Source: an uncultured Acidobacteriota bacterium
Lineage (GTDB): Bacteria > Acidobacteriota > Blastocatellia > RBC074
Reading direction: 5' to 3'
Length of the DNA: 64,000 bases
Assembly: GCA_963796275.1 (NCBI GenBank)
Contig: CAWCKY010000002.1
Span: forward strand, 1-64,000
Shown here: positions 12,001 to 23,369 of the stretch, piece after piece
Layout of the letters: each line of letters starts with the position of its first letter
Numbering within the stretch: position 1 is the first letter of the stretch
Translations under genes and position numbers: made by a program
Notes under the pieces: model-generated
The model's database searches: none
Told to the model about the DNA's origin: nothing
Seen by the model: only the letters and a program-made list of their open reading frames with translations

Positions 12001-14778
12001 AGGGTGCCTTTCCAACTGTGCCTCGATCTCTCCCAGTTCGATCCGGAACCCTCGCACCTTCACCTGGTAGTCATTGCGGCCCACGAACTCAATCGTTCCA
12101 TCCGGTAGCCATCTTCCAAGATCGCCGGTCCTATACATCCGAGCTCCACTCTCTCCAGCGAAGGGATCAGCCACGAATCTCTCCGCCGTCAACTCCGGCC
12201 GGTTCAGATAGCCCAGCGCTACTCCCGCTCCTCCGATGTACAGTTCTCCCATCACTCCTATCGGCGCCGGCTCTCCACAGGCATCCAAAATGTAGATCCG
12301 TGTGTTGGCGATTGAACGACCGATTGGGATACTCCGCTCATCTTCCCTTACCTCACTGATTTCGTAGGTGGTAGCAAAGGTCGTCGTTTCGGTCGGCCCG
12401 TAACAGTGGATCAGATGTTTTGGCTCTCCATCTTTAAGCACTTGCTCGAAAGCGGCTGGATCACTTCTCTCACCACCGGTGAGCAGAAAGCGCAACCCGG
12501 CAAATATCCCTGGTTTGATCGCCGCACATTGATTAAAGACCGCTGTGGTGATGAATAGCGCCGTGACACCCTCTCGCTCAAGTGTTTCCTCAAGTAGTTC
12601 TGGATCGACCAGTACGGCCTGCTCGATGACCACAATGCGCCCCCCATTGAGCAACGGCGCCCACACCTCCAACGTCGTGGCATCAAACGCCGGATTGGCT
12701 GCGAAAGCCACCGCGTCCTCAGCATTGAATTGCGCATACCCGTTGTTGATTACCACTCGCGCCACCGCTCGATGCGGTATCACCACTCCCTTCGGCTGGC
12801 CCGTCGAACCAGATGTGTACATGATGTAGGCCATTGCCCCACTATCGAGCGGCTGGTCCAGATTTTCCGCCACACCATCAATCTGCCTCTCCTCATCCAG
12901 ATTGACTCTCTCTGTAGCAGGCATCTCGACCAGCTCCATACTCTCCATTGTGAGCACGATCCTGGCTCCGCTATCTCCGACAATGAATCGAATCCGCTCG
13001 CGGGGGAAGCTCGGATCGATCGGCACATAGGCAGCACCACACTTGAGAATGGCAAGTTCAGCGACCACCAGCTCAATCGAGCGCTCCAGTAGAATCACCG
13101 CTCGGTCCCCCGGTCCTAGACCTCTCTCTCTCAGGTGGTGTGCTAGACGGTTAGCTCGGGCGTTGAGCTCTCCATAACTCAGGTGATTCCCTTCACAGAC
13201 CACCGCCACTGCCTGCGGTGTCCTCTCCGCCTGTCTCTCAAATAGTTCGTGGATGCACTCTTCGCTCGGATACTCCGCTTCCGTCCGGTTCCATTCCTCC
13301 ACCACCTGTCGCCGTTCACATTCCGACAACAACGGCAACTGGCCGATCATCTCTGTCTCGTCGGCCACCATCCCTCTCAGCAGCGCGCGCCAATACCCCA
13401 GATAGCGTTCCACCGTGGAGCTTTCGTACAGCGAAGTGGCGTACTCAAGTCCACCAATGACCGTCTCTTCAGCTTCCTGCAGCACCAGCGTCAGATCAAA
13501 TCTTGTAGTAACGTGAGGACTGGTACCCAGAGGAGCAACTTCCAGTCCGGGCAGTTTGAAGACATCTTTGGAGGCGCTCTGCCAGGCGAACATCGCCTGG
13601 AACAGTGGACTGTGAGCTAGACTGCGCACCGGCCCTACCATCTCCACCACCTGCTCAAATGGAATGTCTTGATGTTGTTGCGCCGCTACAACCTGCGCCT
13701 TTACCCTCTCCAGTACCTCACCCACACTGCGTGTACCCAAGACATCCAGCCGCAGCGCCAGCGTGTTGACGAAGAATCCAATCAGTCCTTCGATCTCTGT
13801 CCGCCCTCGATTGGCCACCGGAGTGCCGATCACCACCTCCTCCTGACCAGCCAGCCGCCCCAGCAACGCCCCCCACCCCGCCAGCAGGGTCATAAACAGG
13901 GTCGTGCCATGGCGTTGGCTGAGGGCTTTTAGCCCCTCCGTCAATTCCGGCTCCAACTCGACTTTGATCAAGGATCCGGCGTAGTCCTGCTCGGCAGGAC
14001 GTTCCTGATCTGGCGCCAACTCCAGCAATGCCGGGGCTCCCTCCAGAGTTTCTCTCCAGTAATCAGCTTGCCGTTTCAGAATGTCCCCGCCCATCCAGCC
14101 CCGCTGCCACACGGCGTAATCGGCGTACTGCACCCTCAAGCTCGGTAAGGGATCAGCTTCTCCGTTCCGATATGCATCGTAGAGCACCCCCAATTCCCCC
14201 ATCAACACACCTATCGACCATCCATCCGAAACGATGTGGTGCATGGTGATCAGTAGTGTGTATACATCTTCCTCCTGCCGGATGAGTCGCCCCCGGATCA
14301 GCGGGCCCTGTTCCAGATCGAAAGTGGCCAGCGCTTCCTGACCAATCAAATGGCAGATTTCACCCTCGGCATCGGCCTTGTGCCGCAAGTCGTGTTCAAG
14401 CAGATGGAAGCGGCTCTCCTCCTCGGTGGCGATTCGCTGCACGGGTTGCCCATCGATCTGGCCGAAGGTGGTGCGTAAGGTCTCGTGTCGGGCCACGATC
14501 CGATCCAGCGCCTTGCGAAGGGCGGTGCAATCAAGGTCTCCCACCAGTCGCAGGCCAATTGGAATGTGATAGGCTTTGCTGGCTCTTCCCAGTTGGGATA
14601 TAAACCACAGGCGCTGTTGAGCGAATGAGAGGGCAAGCCGCTCCGGACCTTCGACAGGCGTGATCGAGGGCAGTTCAGTGTGTGCAGCGATCTCAAGGCC
14701 ACTGGCGAAATCGGGGAGTGACAGAAGCGTAAACATATTCCTACCCATGGATTCTCCCCCCATATATTTCTTTGACAT
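1..14778 (-). CDS. Multimodular non-ribosomal peptide synthetase (at least 4 modules; 3' end outside the window; +1 frameshift at ~9000)
   Basis: ORF 8863..14778 encodes C(HHIVSDGWS)-A-T(GGHSLL)-E/C-A. It loses homology at 'SIQDSSG', and removing one base at 9000-9001 restores 'IQDLLVYILDASGEPAPIG'. That frame continues to position 3 (…LPAYMLPSYFVLIDRMP) through T, E/C, A, N-MT, T, C, A and an FkbM-type MT. GGAG lies upstream of the ATG at 14778. Confidence 0.93.
130..940 (-). other. FkbM-family methyltransferase interrupting NRPS module 4 A domain
   Basis: Manual translation gives NKNETDFLFKDVFENHAYTKHGISISDGDCILDVGANIGLFA…IHAFEPNP…IDLLKINVEKSELDVLAGI, followed by the A-domain C-terminal LPAYMLP motif. 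Confidence 0.85.
2221..3781. repeat. NRPS internal duplication B, copy 1 (LCL-type C domain; near-identical to 13154-14714)
   Basis: About 1.56 kb direct repeat at offset 10933 (e.g. shadow ORFs 2736/13669 are identical). Confidence 0.95.
4100..5340 (-). other. N-methyltransferase domain embedded in NRPS module 3 (A-Ala)
   Basis: Manual translation gives DWEQIFESTY…DFNIAGWKNSYTGEPI…EMRIWVEETVERI…VLEIGCGTGLLL…VILNSVVQYFP, typical NRPS N-MT motifs, inserted before the final A subdomain. Confidence 0.88.
6432..8992. repeat. NRPS internal duplication A, copy 1 (near-identical to 9736-12296)
   Basis: About 2.56 kb direct repeat at offset 3304, covering the A C-terminus, T, E/C and the next A N-terminus. 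Shadow ORFs are duplicated as well (6618/9922, 8053/11357). Confidence 0.95.
9736..12296. repeat. NRPS internal duplication A, copy 2
   Basis: Matches 6432-8992 except scattered SNPs and one divergent patch at the catalytic motif. Confidence 0.95.
13154..14714. repeat. NRPS internal duplication B, copy 2
   Basis: Matches 2221-3781; identity stops abruptly at ~14714, just inside the gene start. Confidence 0.95.
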
Positions 14779-15193
14779 TCCAATCTCCAGCTGAACAAAA
14801 AGTTATTGCGAAAATAGGGTGCCCCTGCTACTTCATCTAGAACTAGTACAAAGGAGAGCCTTGAATAACACTAGGCCGTGTTTGGTTGGTCTACTGAAGT
14901 GCTTTTGGAGTGACGCGAATGATGGTGGCATCTTTGATAAAGCCCTCTGAGGCCGGGAATACGTCAAAATTAGACTTATGGTGCTGTGACGGTTCAATGG
15001 CGGTCAGTAAGCCACCACTAGATACTAGATATGAGCAACAGGCAGTCGACGGCCATCTGTTCAGTACATGCCTCAATATTGCTGTTAAGAGAAGCATCGC
15101 AACCCTTTAATAAGCAAATATTGGACGAGTGTACCAGACACTTTACTCGACATTCGGTAACGAAGTTAATAAGCGAGTTAATGTCTATTACTC

Positions 15194-15796
15194 TTATACT
15201 GGTACTAGGTACCCTTCGCCAGTGAGTGTTTTTAGGTCAATATCTGCAATACATCTTACTTTGACATAGTCCAGTGTAAGCTCTCCCTCCAGGTGAACTG
15301 TACCTTCCTGTTTCTCAAAATCAGCCTTACGCAGATCTAGCATATCCCGATCGAGTCTTACTCCGAGTTCGGTGCCCCCCTGAGTCTCAGTAAATTTGAT
15401 ATGAACATAACCAAAATCGATTCGCTCTTTGAGGGCTTGTGCCGTCTTTTCTGGCCGCAAGCTACTCTCTACAGGGTGCTTTCCCTTAGACAAAAGACCC
15501 ACCAAATTATCTCTTTTCGGTTTACGTCCCCCTTTCCCTTTCCCCTTCGGAGGCTGAGAATTCTCGGCCTTCCTATGAGTCGCCTCTTCCATCTGCTGCC
15601 TTAGGCTAAGTGGTCTCATATCAGTCCAGACTTCTTTGATATAGGATAGACACTCCGATTTCAGGCCACTTTTTCCCACTGCCTTCCAGCCGAGTGGCAT
15701 TTCCTTATAATCCGGCCAGATGGAATATTGCTCCTCGTGGTTTACAAGTACTTTATAGACTGTGGATTCCTCTCTATTAGGGTCACGTAAGCTCAT
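15194..15796 (-). CDS. MbtH-like protein with C-terminal extra domain
   Basis: N-terminal [15 protein letters not shown]…P.GW…[18 protein letters not shown] is the MbtH signature, followed by a basic linker and a ~100-aa domain ([17 protein letters not shown]). AAGGAG RBS; lies next to the NRPS. Confidence 0.92.
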   Translation of the reverse strand: MSLRDPNREESTVYKVLVNHEEQYSIWPDYKEMPLGWKAVGKSGLKSECLSYIKEVWTDMRPLSLRQQMEEATHRKAENSQPPKGKGKGGRKPKRDNLVGLLSKGKHPVESSLRPEKTAQALKERIDFGYVHIKFTETQGGTELGVRLDRDMLDLRKADFEKQEGTVHLEGELTLDYVKVRCIADIDLKTLTGEGYLVPV

Positions 15797-16489
15797 TATT
15801 AACTCCTTAAATATAGATTATGTATAAATTGGAAGATTTACCCATCTTCAACGACCAGTAGGAAAGTCGTTTCTTCATCGCCCGTCAGGCAAGGTTACGA
15901 ACCGCGAAAGTTCCGTGAGATGCCGTTGATATGCGGAGTCCGGATGATCTGTGCGCCCACGATCATTCCAGTTGAAAGTAGCCGACTGCTCGGAGATACG
16001 ATGGTAGGATGTATTTTAGTTCTAACCTCAGCTTTCTGATTCTGGCCATGCAGGATTTCTTCCACATTGTTTTTGGTGGATCGTTTCACAGCCTTAGAGT
16101 ATTATCTCTTTGACCATTGAGTAACGAGAAAAGGCCGAAGAAATTACGAATTAGCGGCTAAAGTTTCAACGAACGACCTGTGAACGCCAATTTCCACAAC
16201 AATCACGTAGAAGCCAGTGAGATTCACCGGCGAGCGCAAACAGACGACTGGGGGTGTTCCATTCACCGTTCGGATATTGCAGATAGGTTACTCCCAGCCG
16301 CCCTGCGTGAGGCCCACAGTCAGAATCTGGAGCTACGGCTCGAAGATATGTTGGATACAGGCCGTTTGATAAATATCGAAGGTCGATGTGTTGCCTTTAC
16401 TGCTGCGCCACGATGGGATCGACTTTGCTTGCGTGGCGAGCAGGAAAAATGCAGGCTAGCAATGCCGCGAGCAGGAGCACGAAATTGAA

Positions 16490-16762
16490 CTAGACCTGGC
16501 GGATTAGCTCAAGTATCCGCCGTTCTTCTTCGGCTTTGGCCAGACCTTCAGCAATTATTGTCCGCCAGTTGGTCAACGCCTTACCGACTTTGGATGGATA
16601 TTGACGAAACGCCCTGGCCTTCTCAGCTGCCTGTCGTAGCTGGCTGATCTTATTGCGCGCCGTGTCGGATTGTTGAGCGGCATCGGTCATCTGGCTGATT
16701 TCTTTCAGTAACAGCAACGAAGTTTTGATCATGTCCGGCAGTGGCACTTCACTGTTGCCCAC
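16490..16762 (-). CDS. Hypothetical helical protein or gene remnant
   Basis: 90-aa ORF with protein-like composition but a weak start and no recognised motif. Confidence 0.3.
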   Translation of the reverse strand: MGNSEVPLPDMIKTSLLLLKEISQMTDAAQQSDTARNKISQLRQAAEKARAFRQYPSKVGKALTNWRTIIAEGLAKAEEERRILELIRQV

Positions 16763-17211
16763 TCCAACCCACGCTCATAGCTGGCCAGCTCGCAACAATA
16801 TTTCATAATTTTTGAATTATTTCTTATTTTCCCTATTGACTCTTCTTTTTTATTCGTTTAAAGATTACTTATCATACTAATCGCGTTCGTAAGCTTGTTC
16901 AGAAATAATCAAAATGAATATTGAATTTTAAATCGCACTCCACAAATATCGGTACGTGTTTTTCGATCTGCGAAAAACCTGCATATTTGAAAATTAGCAA
17001 CTGTTAGACTATTAAACGACATGGTTTCAGAAGTTGGTACAAGTATGCACCTCAGATGCACTACAGTATCTCGATGCACCATGTTTAAAGTCAATTTGTT
17101 GCTTCTCTCACTTTGATTTATCGTCGATAAAATTGATTAGACGCCCAGGAGAAGGAAGTTAGTATCAGTACTTGTAACTTCATTACTTCAAACAGGGAGG
17201 ACTATCGCCTA

Positions 17212-20200
17212 ATGTATGAGATTATCTATAAAATTCAAATTAGGGCAGCTTGTCTACTCATTGTTTTTGCGGTAGGTATTGCCGCCCAGTCTACTCTGGG
17301 CACAATAACCGGTCTCGTGGTTGATAGTACAGGCGCCGTGATTCCAAATACAGTTGTGGTTGCCACGAATACTGCCACAGGCATTAAAGCACAAACGGTT
17401 AGTTCTGCCACCGGCAATTATGTAATTCCCAGCCTTCAGGTAGGCACTTACGAAATAAATGTAGCCGTGACAGGGTTCAAAAGCTTTGTCAGGTCCGGCA
17501 TTGTTCTTTCGAGTAACGACAATGTACGGGTAGACGTTACCCTGGAAGTCGGCCAGACGAGCGAGCTCGTCGTCGTGACCGCCGAAGCGCCTCCGCTGAA
17601 GACGGAATCCTCCGAAGTCTCGACGACGATGGAGAACAAGCTCGTCAACGACATGCCCCTTGCGGTCGCCGGCATTGGCGGCGGAATGCGCAACGCGTTC
17701 AGCATCATGATGATGATGCCTCAAGTGAAAAGCGGCAACGGCGAAGGTGCCTGGGACGATCTTCAAATTGGCGGCGGCCAGCAGCATGATTGGAACGTAA
17801 ACGTGGACGGCATGTCGGTCGAGATGGGCTGGCGCAATCACGTCGGATACATGAACCGCCTGACCCCGGCCGTGGATGCCGTGGAAGAATTCCGTATCGA
17901 CACCGCTGCCTTCAAGGCCGAGGACAGCCGCGCCAGCGGCGGAAACATCACAATTACGACAAAATCGGGCACAAATGAGCTCCATGGACTGCTTTTTGAC
18001 TACTTCCAGAGCCAGCATCTGAACGCTAACTCGTGGTTCAACAACAAAATCGGCCGTAAAAAGTCGGTGTTTCACCGCAACGACTTCGGCGCCAACCTCG
18101 GCGGCCCGGTTTATATTCCGAAGCTCTACGACGGGCGAAACAAAACCTATTTCTTCTTATCCTACGAAGGGTATCGCTGGCCGCAGACGAATGACCCTGG
18201 GCAGCAGACCATTCCCCTTGCCGAGATGGTCAACGGTGACTTTTCGGGCTGGAAAGACTCGGCGGGGAACATGATTCCAGATCTACGATCCCAAGACGCG
18301 CAACGACGGGAAAGGCGGGTTTATTCGGGATCCCTTCCCCGGCAACATAATCCCGCTGGACCGTTTGAGCCCTCTATCGCGCCGTATCGCTGCTTTTTAT
18401 CCGCGTCCGAATCGGCCCGGTCTGGTGAATAACTTCATTTCGCCCGGAACGGAACCCAACAAGCGCATTGAAAATGCCTTTTTGACCAAATTTGACCAAC
18501 ATTTTGGCACTAAGAATCGCCTTTCGTTCACTTATAGCCAGAACGGCACGGGGTTCAACAACGCTTACGACACAGATCCGGAGAACACGAACAATTGGGC
18601 TGGTCTGCCTTACCCTCTTTCCGGCCGTAAGTACTATCAGGGAGATCAGTACTACGGGAAGGTGGCGCGCATCAGCAATACGCACGTGTTCAGCCCCACG
18701 GTGGTGAATACGTTGACGATAGGTGCACACCGCCTCACGCATCCCGAACACGATATTACGATCGAGCCGTTCGGGCAGAACTGGGGAGACAAGCTCGGGG
18801 GCGGCGTAGGAAACAATCCGTACTACAACACCGGATTCCCCGCGGTTTCGTTCCGCAATGACAACTACACAGGTTGGGATAGCACGAAGCTCTGGGACGA
18901 GTACCACACGGTGTTCGGCATCGACGAGACTCTCTCCTGGACCAAGAACAATCACAGCTTCAAGTTCGGCTATGCCTACCAGAAAATGTTTCTGAATACG
19001 AACAACAGGAACAATGCCGCAGGGACTTACAACTTTGACAGGCTCAGTACCTCCCTTCCCGAGGACAATAGTGGGCTCTCCGGTAGCGCTTTTGCCAGCT
19101 TCATGCTCGGCGAAGTTTATAACGCCGGCTTCACGGTGCCGAATACCCAGATGTTGAGATTTCCTTATCACGCGTTCTTTGTACAGGACGATTGGAAGGT
19201 CACGCCGCGTCTGACAATGAATCTAGGGTTGCGCTACGAGCTGAGCATGGGCGCCTACGAAAAGTATGACCGCATGTCTTACTTCGATCCAACGCTCCCT
19301 AATCCAGCAGCCAGCGGACATCCGGGTGCGCTGCGCTTCCTTGGCGATGGTGAGGGACGGGAAGGCCGGCGCACGCTTTTCAATAATGCAGGAGGCTGGG
19401 GTCCGCGTCTGGGTCTGGCCTATCAACTTAACGAGAAGACCGTAATACGCGCCGGAGCCGGGATTTTCTACGCCACCATTAAGGCACCGGGCCTGAATGG
19501 TGCCAATAACGGATTCACCAACAATCCTAATTGGACTTCAGCGGACCAAGGGGTTTCCTCAGCGTTTAACTGGGATCGCGGTCTTCCCCGGTGGGAAGCG
19601 CCGCCGTTAATCAATCCCGGTTTCAACGCGGGATTCAGCGTGCCCTGGTGGGAAGCCGAGGAGACGGGCAGATTGCCCCAGACCTTGAGTTGGAACCTTG
19701 CCATCGCCCGAACGCTACCCGCCAACTTCGTCCTTGATCTGACGTACACGGGCAGCAAGGGTACATATCTTGCTTCAGATCGCGTCAACATCATGCAGAT
19801 CGATCCCAAGTATGCCTCGCTCGGCACTCTGCTGAACAAGCAAATCGACGATCCCGACGTGGTTGCTCTTGGGTTCCGGCCTCCATTTGCGAACTTCAAG
19901 GAGTTACTCGGCAACAACGCAACTCTGGGCCAGTCGCTCCGCGCGTTCCCGCAGTATCAGGGAGTGACGACTGGCGGCATGATGAATCACAGCGGCAACT
20001 CGACCTATCATGCTTTGATCGTGAAGACGACCAAGCGTTTTTCCGGCGGGCTGTCACTGCTTGCGAGCTATACCTGGTCCAAGTTGCTGACCGACGCCGA
20101 TTCGGCGGAACCCTGGATTGCCGGAGTCGTAGGTTCCGGTAATGGCGCAGGCGCGGCCCAGAACAATGGGGACCGTTCTTTAGAAAAATCCTACGGCGTG

Positions 20201-20773
20201 CTGGATCTGCCCCACATGTTCAAACTTACCGGTAGTTACGACCTTCCATTTGGCCCTGGAAAATCGCTGCTGTCGACCGGTGTGTGGAGTCATATTCTGG
20301 GCAGTTGGAACATCAGCTCGTTTATGTTTGCACAAAGCGGGTATCCGATCGGCGTTACAGACACCGGCTATCAGAACAACTTGCGCGCCGGGGCTCCGAG
20401 ACCGAACATTCTGACGCATGACTGGCGGGCGCCGCTCACCGGTGACAAATTCGATCCGGACAAGGATATCTTCCTGAACCCCTCGGCGTTCCAGCGTCGA
20501 ACTGATCCGTTTGCAGATCCATTCGGCAACGCACCGCGCTTCAACGGAAAAACCCGAATGTTCGGCGTATATCGCACGAACATTGCGGTGACAAAGGGCA
20601 TGAAGTTTTCTGAAAACGCGCGCGCTGACTTGCGGTTAGAAGTCTTCAACCTTCTAAATCAAAAAACATGGAACCGGCCGCAGTCTTTGGACCTGGCTAA
20701 CCCGCTATTCGGCGTAATCAATGGTGCTAGCGGGAATCGAACCATGCAACTCGGTGTGAAGCTAGTGTTTTAG
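17212..20773 (+). CDS. TonB-dependent receptor with carboxypeptidase-regulatory-like domain (Acidobacteria/Oar type), +1 frameshift at ~18279
   Basis: Signal peptide, GTITGLVVDSTGAVIP, 'TTKSGTNELHG', 'FVQDDWKVTPRLTMNLGLRYE', C-terminal 'RTMQLGVKLVF'. ORFs 17212..18432 and 18365..20773 join if one base is removed from ATTCCAGATCTAC, giving the conserved IPIYDP. Confidence 0.9.
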
Positions 20774-21362
20774 CAGGCAGCAGGTAGTCCTCCTTATCCC
20801 GCTTCATTATCGCGGAGAATAGGGAGGAATGCCCCTTCAACCGCATCGCGAAATACCTATGCGTTGAGTGAAATCAGAACCGACCGTTCCCATACCTGGA
20901 CGTGTCGTTGTTGACCATCTATAGGAGGATGAGATAGGCTCCTGTTGTTTCTCACAGGAGTTATAAAGAACAGAACAAGCGCGAACGTCTTCCCGGGTCA
21001 TCTTTTATAACCACAAATCGTGAAACATCGTAGAAACGGATAAGACCTATGAATCAAATCCTACATATGCTCCTGATAAAACATTATGATGTTACTTACG
21101 GATAACATTCAATTTTCAGTGTTTGCGCAAATATCCAATATTTCACGTTCACCTATGATGTCAGGAACAGATAATGGGAGGCATGCTTTTTTTACAGCAG
21201 ACTGTTACCCATGTCTCCCCACAGATTTGTTACCGATGTCACCTCACTCTGACGATAACGCTTAGCCGGCGGAAATTCCACCAGACTGCCGGCTCAGACG
21301 CAGTCGCGAGTACTTTGGCGAGTTGCATCAACATGGCGCGCAAACCTACGGAGACGACACCG

Positions 21363-22799
21363 ATGTCTGTTCCCGCCGCCTCCAGTAATCTCTGCTTCAT
21401 GAGCGCGAGCGAGTTGGCGACGCTGATCCGCAGTCGTAAGGTCTCGGCACGCGAGGTGATGGCAGCACACCTGGAGCAGATCAACCGGGTGAATCCTACG
21501 ATTAATGCCATCGTGGCAAAGCTGGATGATGACAAGTGCTTGGCCTTGGCTGATGACGCCGACCGCCGCATGGCGAGGGGTGAGAGAGTCGGGCCACTGC
21601 ATGGTCTGCCCATCGCCTTTAAGGATTTGGAACCGGCCGTCGGGTTTCCGTGGACCATGGGCTCCCCTATCTACAAGGACCAGTTGCCGACGGAGGATTC
21701 GGTTCTCATCGAGCGACTGCGGGGGGCCGGGGTGATCCCGATCGGCAAGACAAATGTGCCTGAGTTCGGGATGGGGTCGCAAACCTATAACGAGGTATAT
21801 GGGACGACCGTTAATCCGTACGACGTGACCAAGACGTCCGGAGGTTCGAGTGGTGGCGCCGGGGCGGCACTTACCACCGGTCTCCTACCGCTTGCTGATG
21901 GTAGTGACCTCGGCGGTTCGCTGCGCAACCCTGCCAACTTCAACAACATCGTCGCCCTCCGTCCCACCGTTGGGCTAGTGCCGACGGCACCAAACGCAAT
22001 GCCGTTTCTCGGATTCGCCGTCAAGGGGCCGATGGCTCGCTCGGTCGCCGACGCGGCCTTTTTGCTGAGCGTGATGGCCGGGTCTGACTCCCGCGATCCA
22101 GGCTGCTATACCTCGGATCCCTCTATCTTTACCAGCCCCTTGGATCGCGACCTCAAGGGTGTGTGGGTTGCCTGGTGCCCCGACCTTGGCGGCCTCCCGC
22201 TCGACCGGCGAGTGCGTGCGGTCCTCGAGGCTCAACGGAAATCATTCGAGGCACTTGGTTGCCTTGTGGAGGACGCCTGCCCGGACTTGGCGGGCGCTGA
22301 CAAGGTCTTTCTCGTGATCCGTGCGTGGAGGAGCTGGAGCATCCTCGGTCCCCTGCTCGAAAGATATCGTAGTCAGATGAAACCCGAGGTGATCTGGGAG
22401 ATCGAATTCGGGGCTCGACTGACTGCCGCGGAGATATCAGACGCGATGGTGCAACACGGCTTAATCATGGAGCGCATGCGGCGGTTCCAGGAGAAATACG
22501 AGTTCATGCTCCGTGCTGTCAATCAGGTGCCGCCATTCGACGCCACGCTCCGCTGGCCGACAGAGATAGAAGGAATGAGGATGGAGAATTACATCGATTG
22601 GATGAGATCGGCCTACCGCATCACCGTGACCTTCTGCCCGGCCATTTCCGTACCAGCTGGATTCACGACGGAAGGGCTACCGGTCGGCATCCAGATCGTT
22701 GGTCGATATCGCGACGATCTCGGAGTCCTTCAAGTCGCCCATGCGTTCGAGCAGGCTACTGGCTTCGGCCAAGAGCGACCGGCGATAGCGCTCGGCTGA
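21363..22799 (+). CDS. Amidase (amidase-signature family)
   Basis: GPLHGLPIAFKD, GGSSGG, GSDLGGSLRNPA (Ser-cisSer-Lys triad), GLPVGIQIVG. The start at 21363 is chosen for its upstream GGAG; the ORF is open to 21174. Confidence 0.92.
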   Translation: MSVPAASSNLCFMSASELATLIRSRKVSAREVMAAHLEQINRVNPTINAIVAKLDDDKCLALADDADRRMARGERVGPLHGLPIAFKDLEPAVGFPWTMGSPIYKDQLPTEDSVLIERLRGAGVIPIGKTNVPEFGMGSQTYNEVYGTTVNPYDVTKTSGGSSGGAGAALTTGLLPLADGSDLGGSLRNPANFNNIVALRPTVGLVPTAPNAMPFLGFAVKGPMARSVADAAFLLSVMAGSDSRDPGCYTSDPSIFTSPLDRDLKGVWVAWCPDLGGLPLDRRVRAVLEAQRKSFEALGCLVEDACPDLAGADKVFLVIRAWRSWSILGPLLERYRSQMKPEVIWEIEFGARLTAAEISDAMVQHGLIMERMRRFQEKYEFMLRAVNQVPPFDATLRWPTEIEGMRMENYIDWMRSAYRITVTFCPAISVPAGFTTEGLPVGIQIVGRYRDDLGVLQVAHAFEQATGFGQERPAIALG

Positions 22800-22809
22800 G
22801 AGGCTGGGA

Positions 22810-23062
22810 CCATCGTCGTTGCATTACGTCGAAAATCATCAACTCTATTGCCGACGCCGTAGCGGACAACGCCAATGGACGATGCGCGGGGATGTCCTAC
22901 AGCTGTTTCGACTACTACTACCTAAACTGGGTTCTTCCTCGCGGCACTACGACTATGGGGCAACCACTTCACATCAAGGATGGTGGAACCGTCGCTAGTG
23001 AATGGCTTAGGGACTACATCTGGTCACACCAGATAGATAGCCATCTTGCCAACGGTGAATAA
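22810..23062 (+). pseudogene. Fragment resembling a papain-like cysteine-peptidase domain
   Basis: 'ANGRCAGMSYSCFDYYY…LRDYIWSHQIDS' resembles the G-x-C-G-G-M…DY motif. No proper start; it ends next to the IscB element. Confidence 0.3.
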
Positions 23063-23078
23063 GAGCGCAATAGGATAG

Positions 23079-23369
23079 GTCACCCACCCGCCACTAAGTT
23101 GCTTTGCAACTATAGTGGGGGCTTGTCGGGTAACTGATGAGCCTGGTTGACCAGACTAAGCTGGGGCAAAAGGCTTGCAGCTACGATGTTTGAGTTAGGT
23201 TTAAACCGAGACACCCACGGATGCGATAGCCAGTCCGTGGCCACTGTCGTTTAGCGTTAAACAGCGGTTACGGGTAATCGCCAGTGCGTTGAACTAAGAA
23301 GCTCAGACATCATTGTCGAGGCTAACTTAACGGCAACAATGCCAGCGGCCCGAAAGGGCCATTCTCACA
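23079..23369 (+). ncRNA. IscB omegaRNA (HEARO-like) scaffold
   Basis: It begins GTCACCCACCCGCCACTA…TAGTGGGGGCTTG and carries typical blocks GTTGACCAGACTAAG, CTACG, GGATGC…GCCAGTCC, TTAAACAG, CATTGTCGAGG, directly upstream of the iscB ATG. Confidence 0.85.

Noticed and set aside
1980-14569. Many plus-strand ORFs, several duplicated
   Set aside because: They are antisense shadows of the NRPS, and their duplication only mirrors the module repeats.
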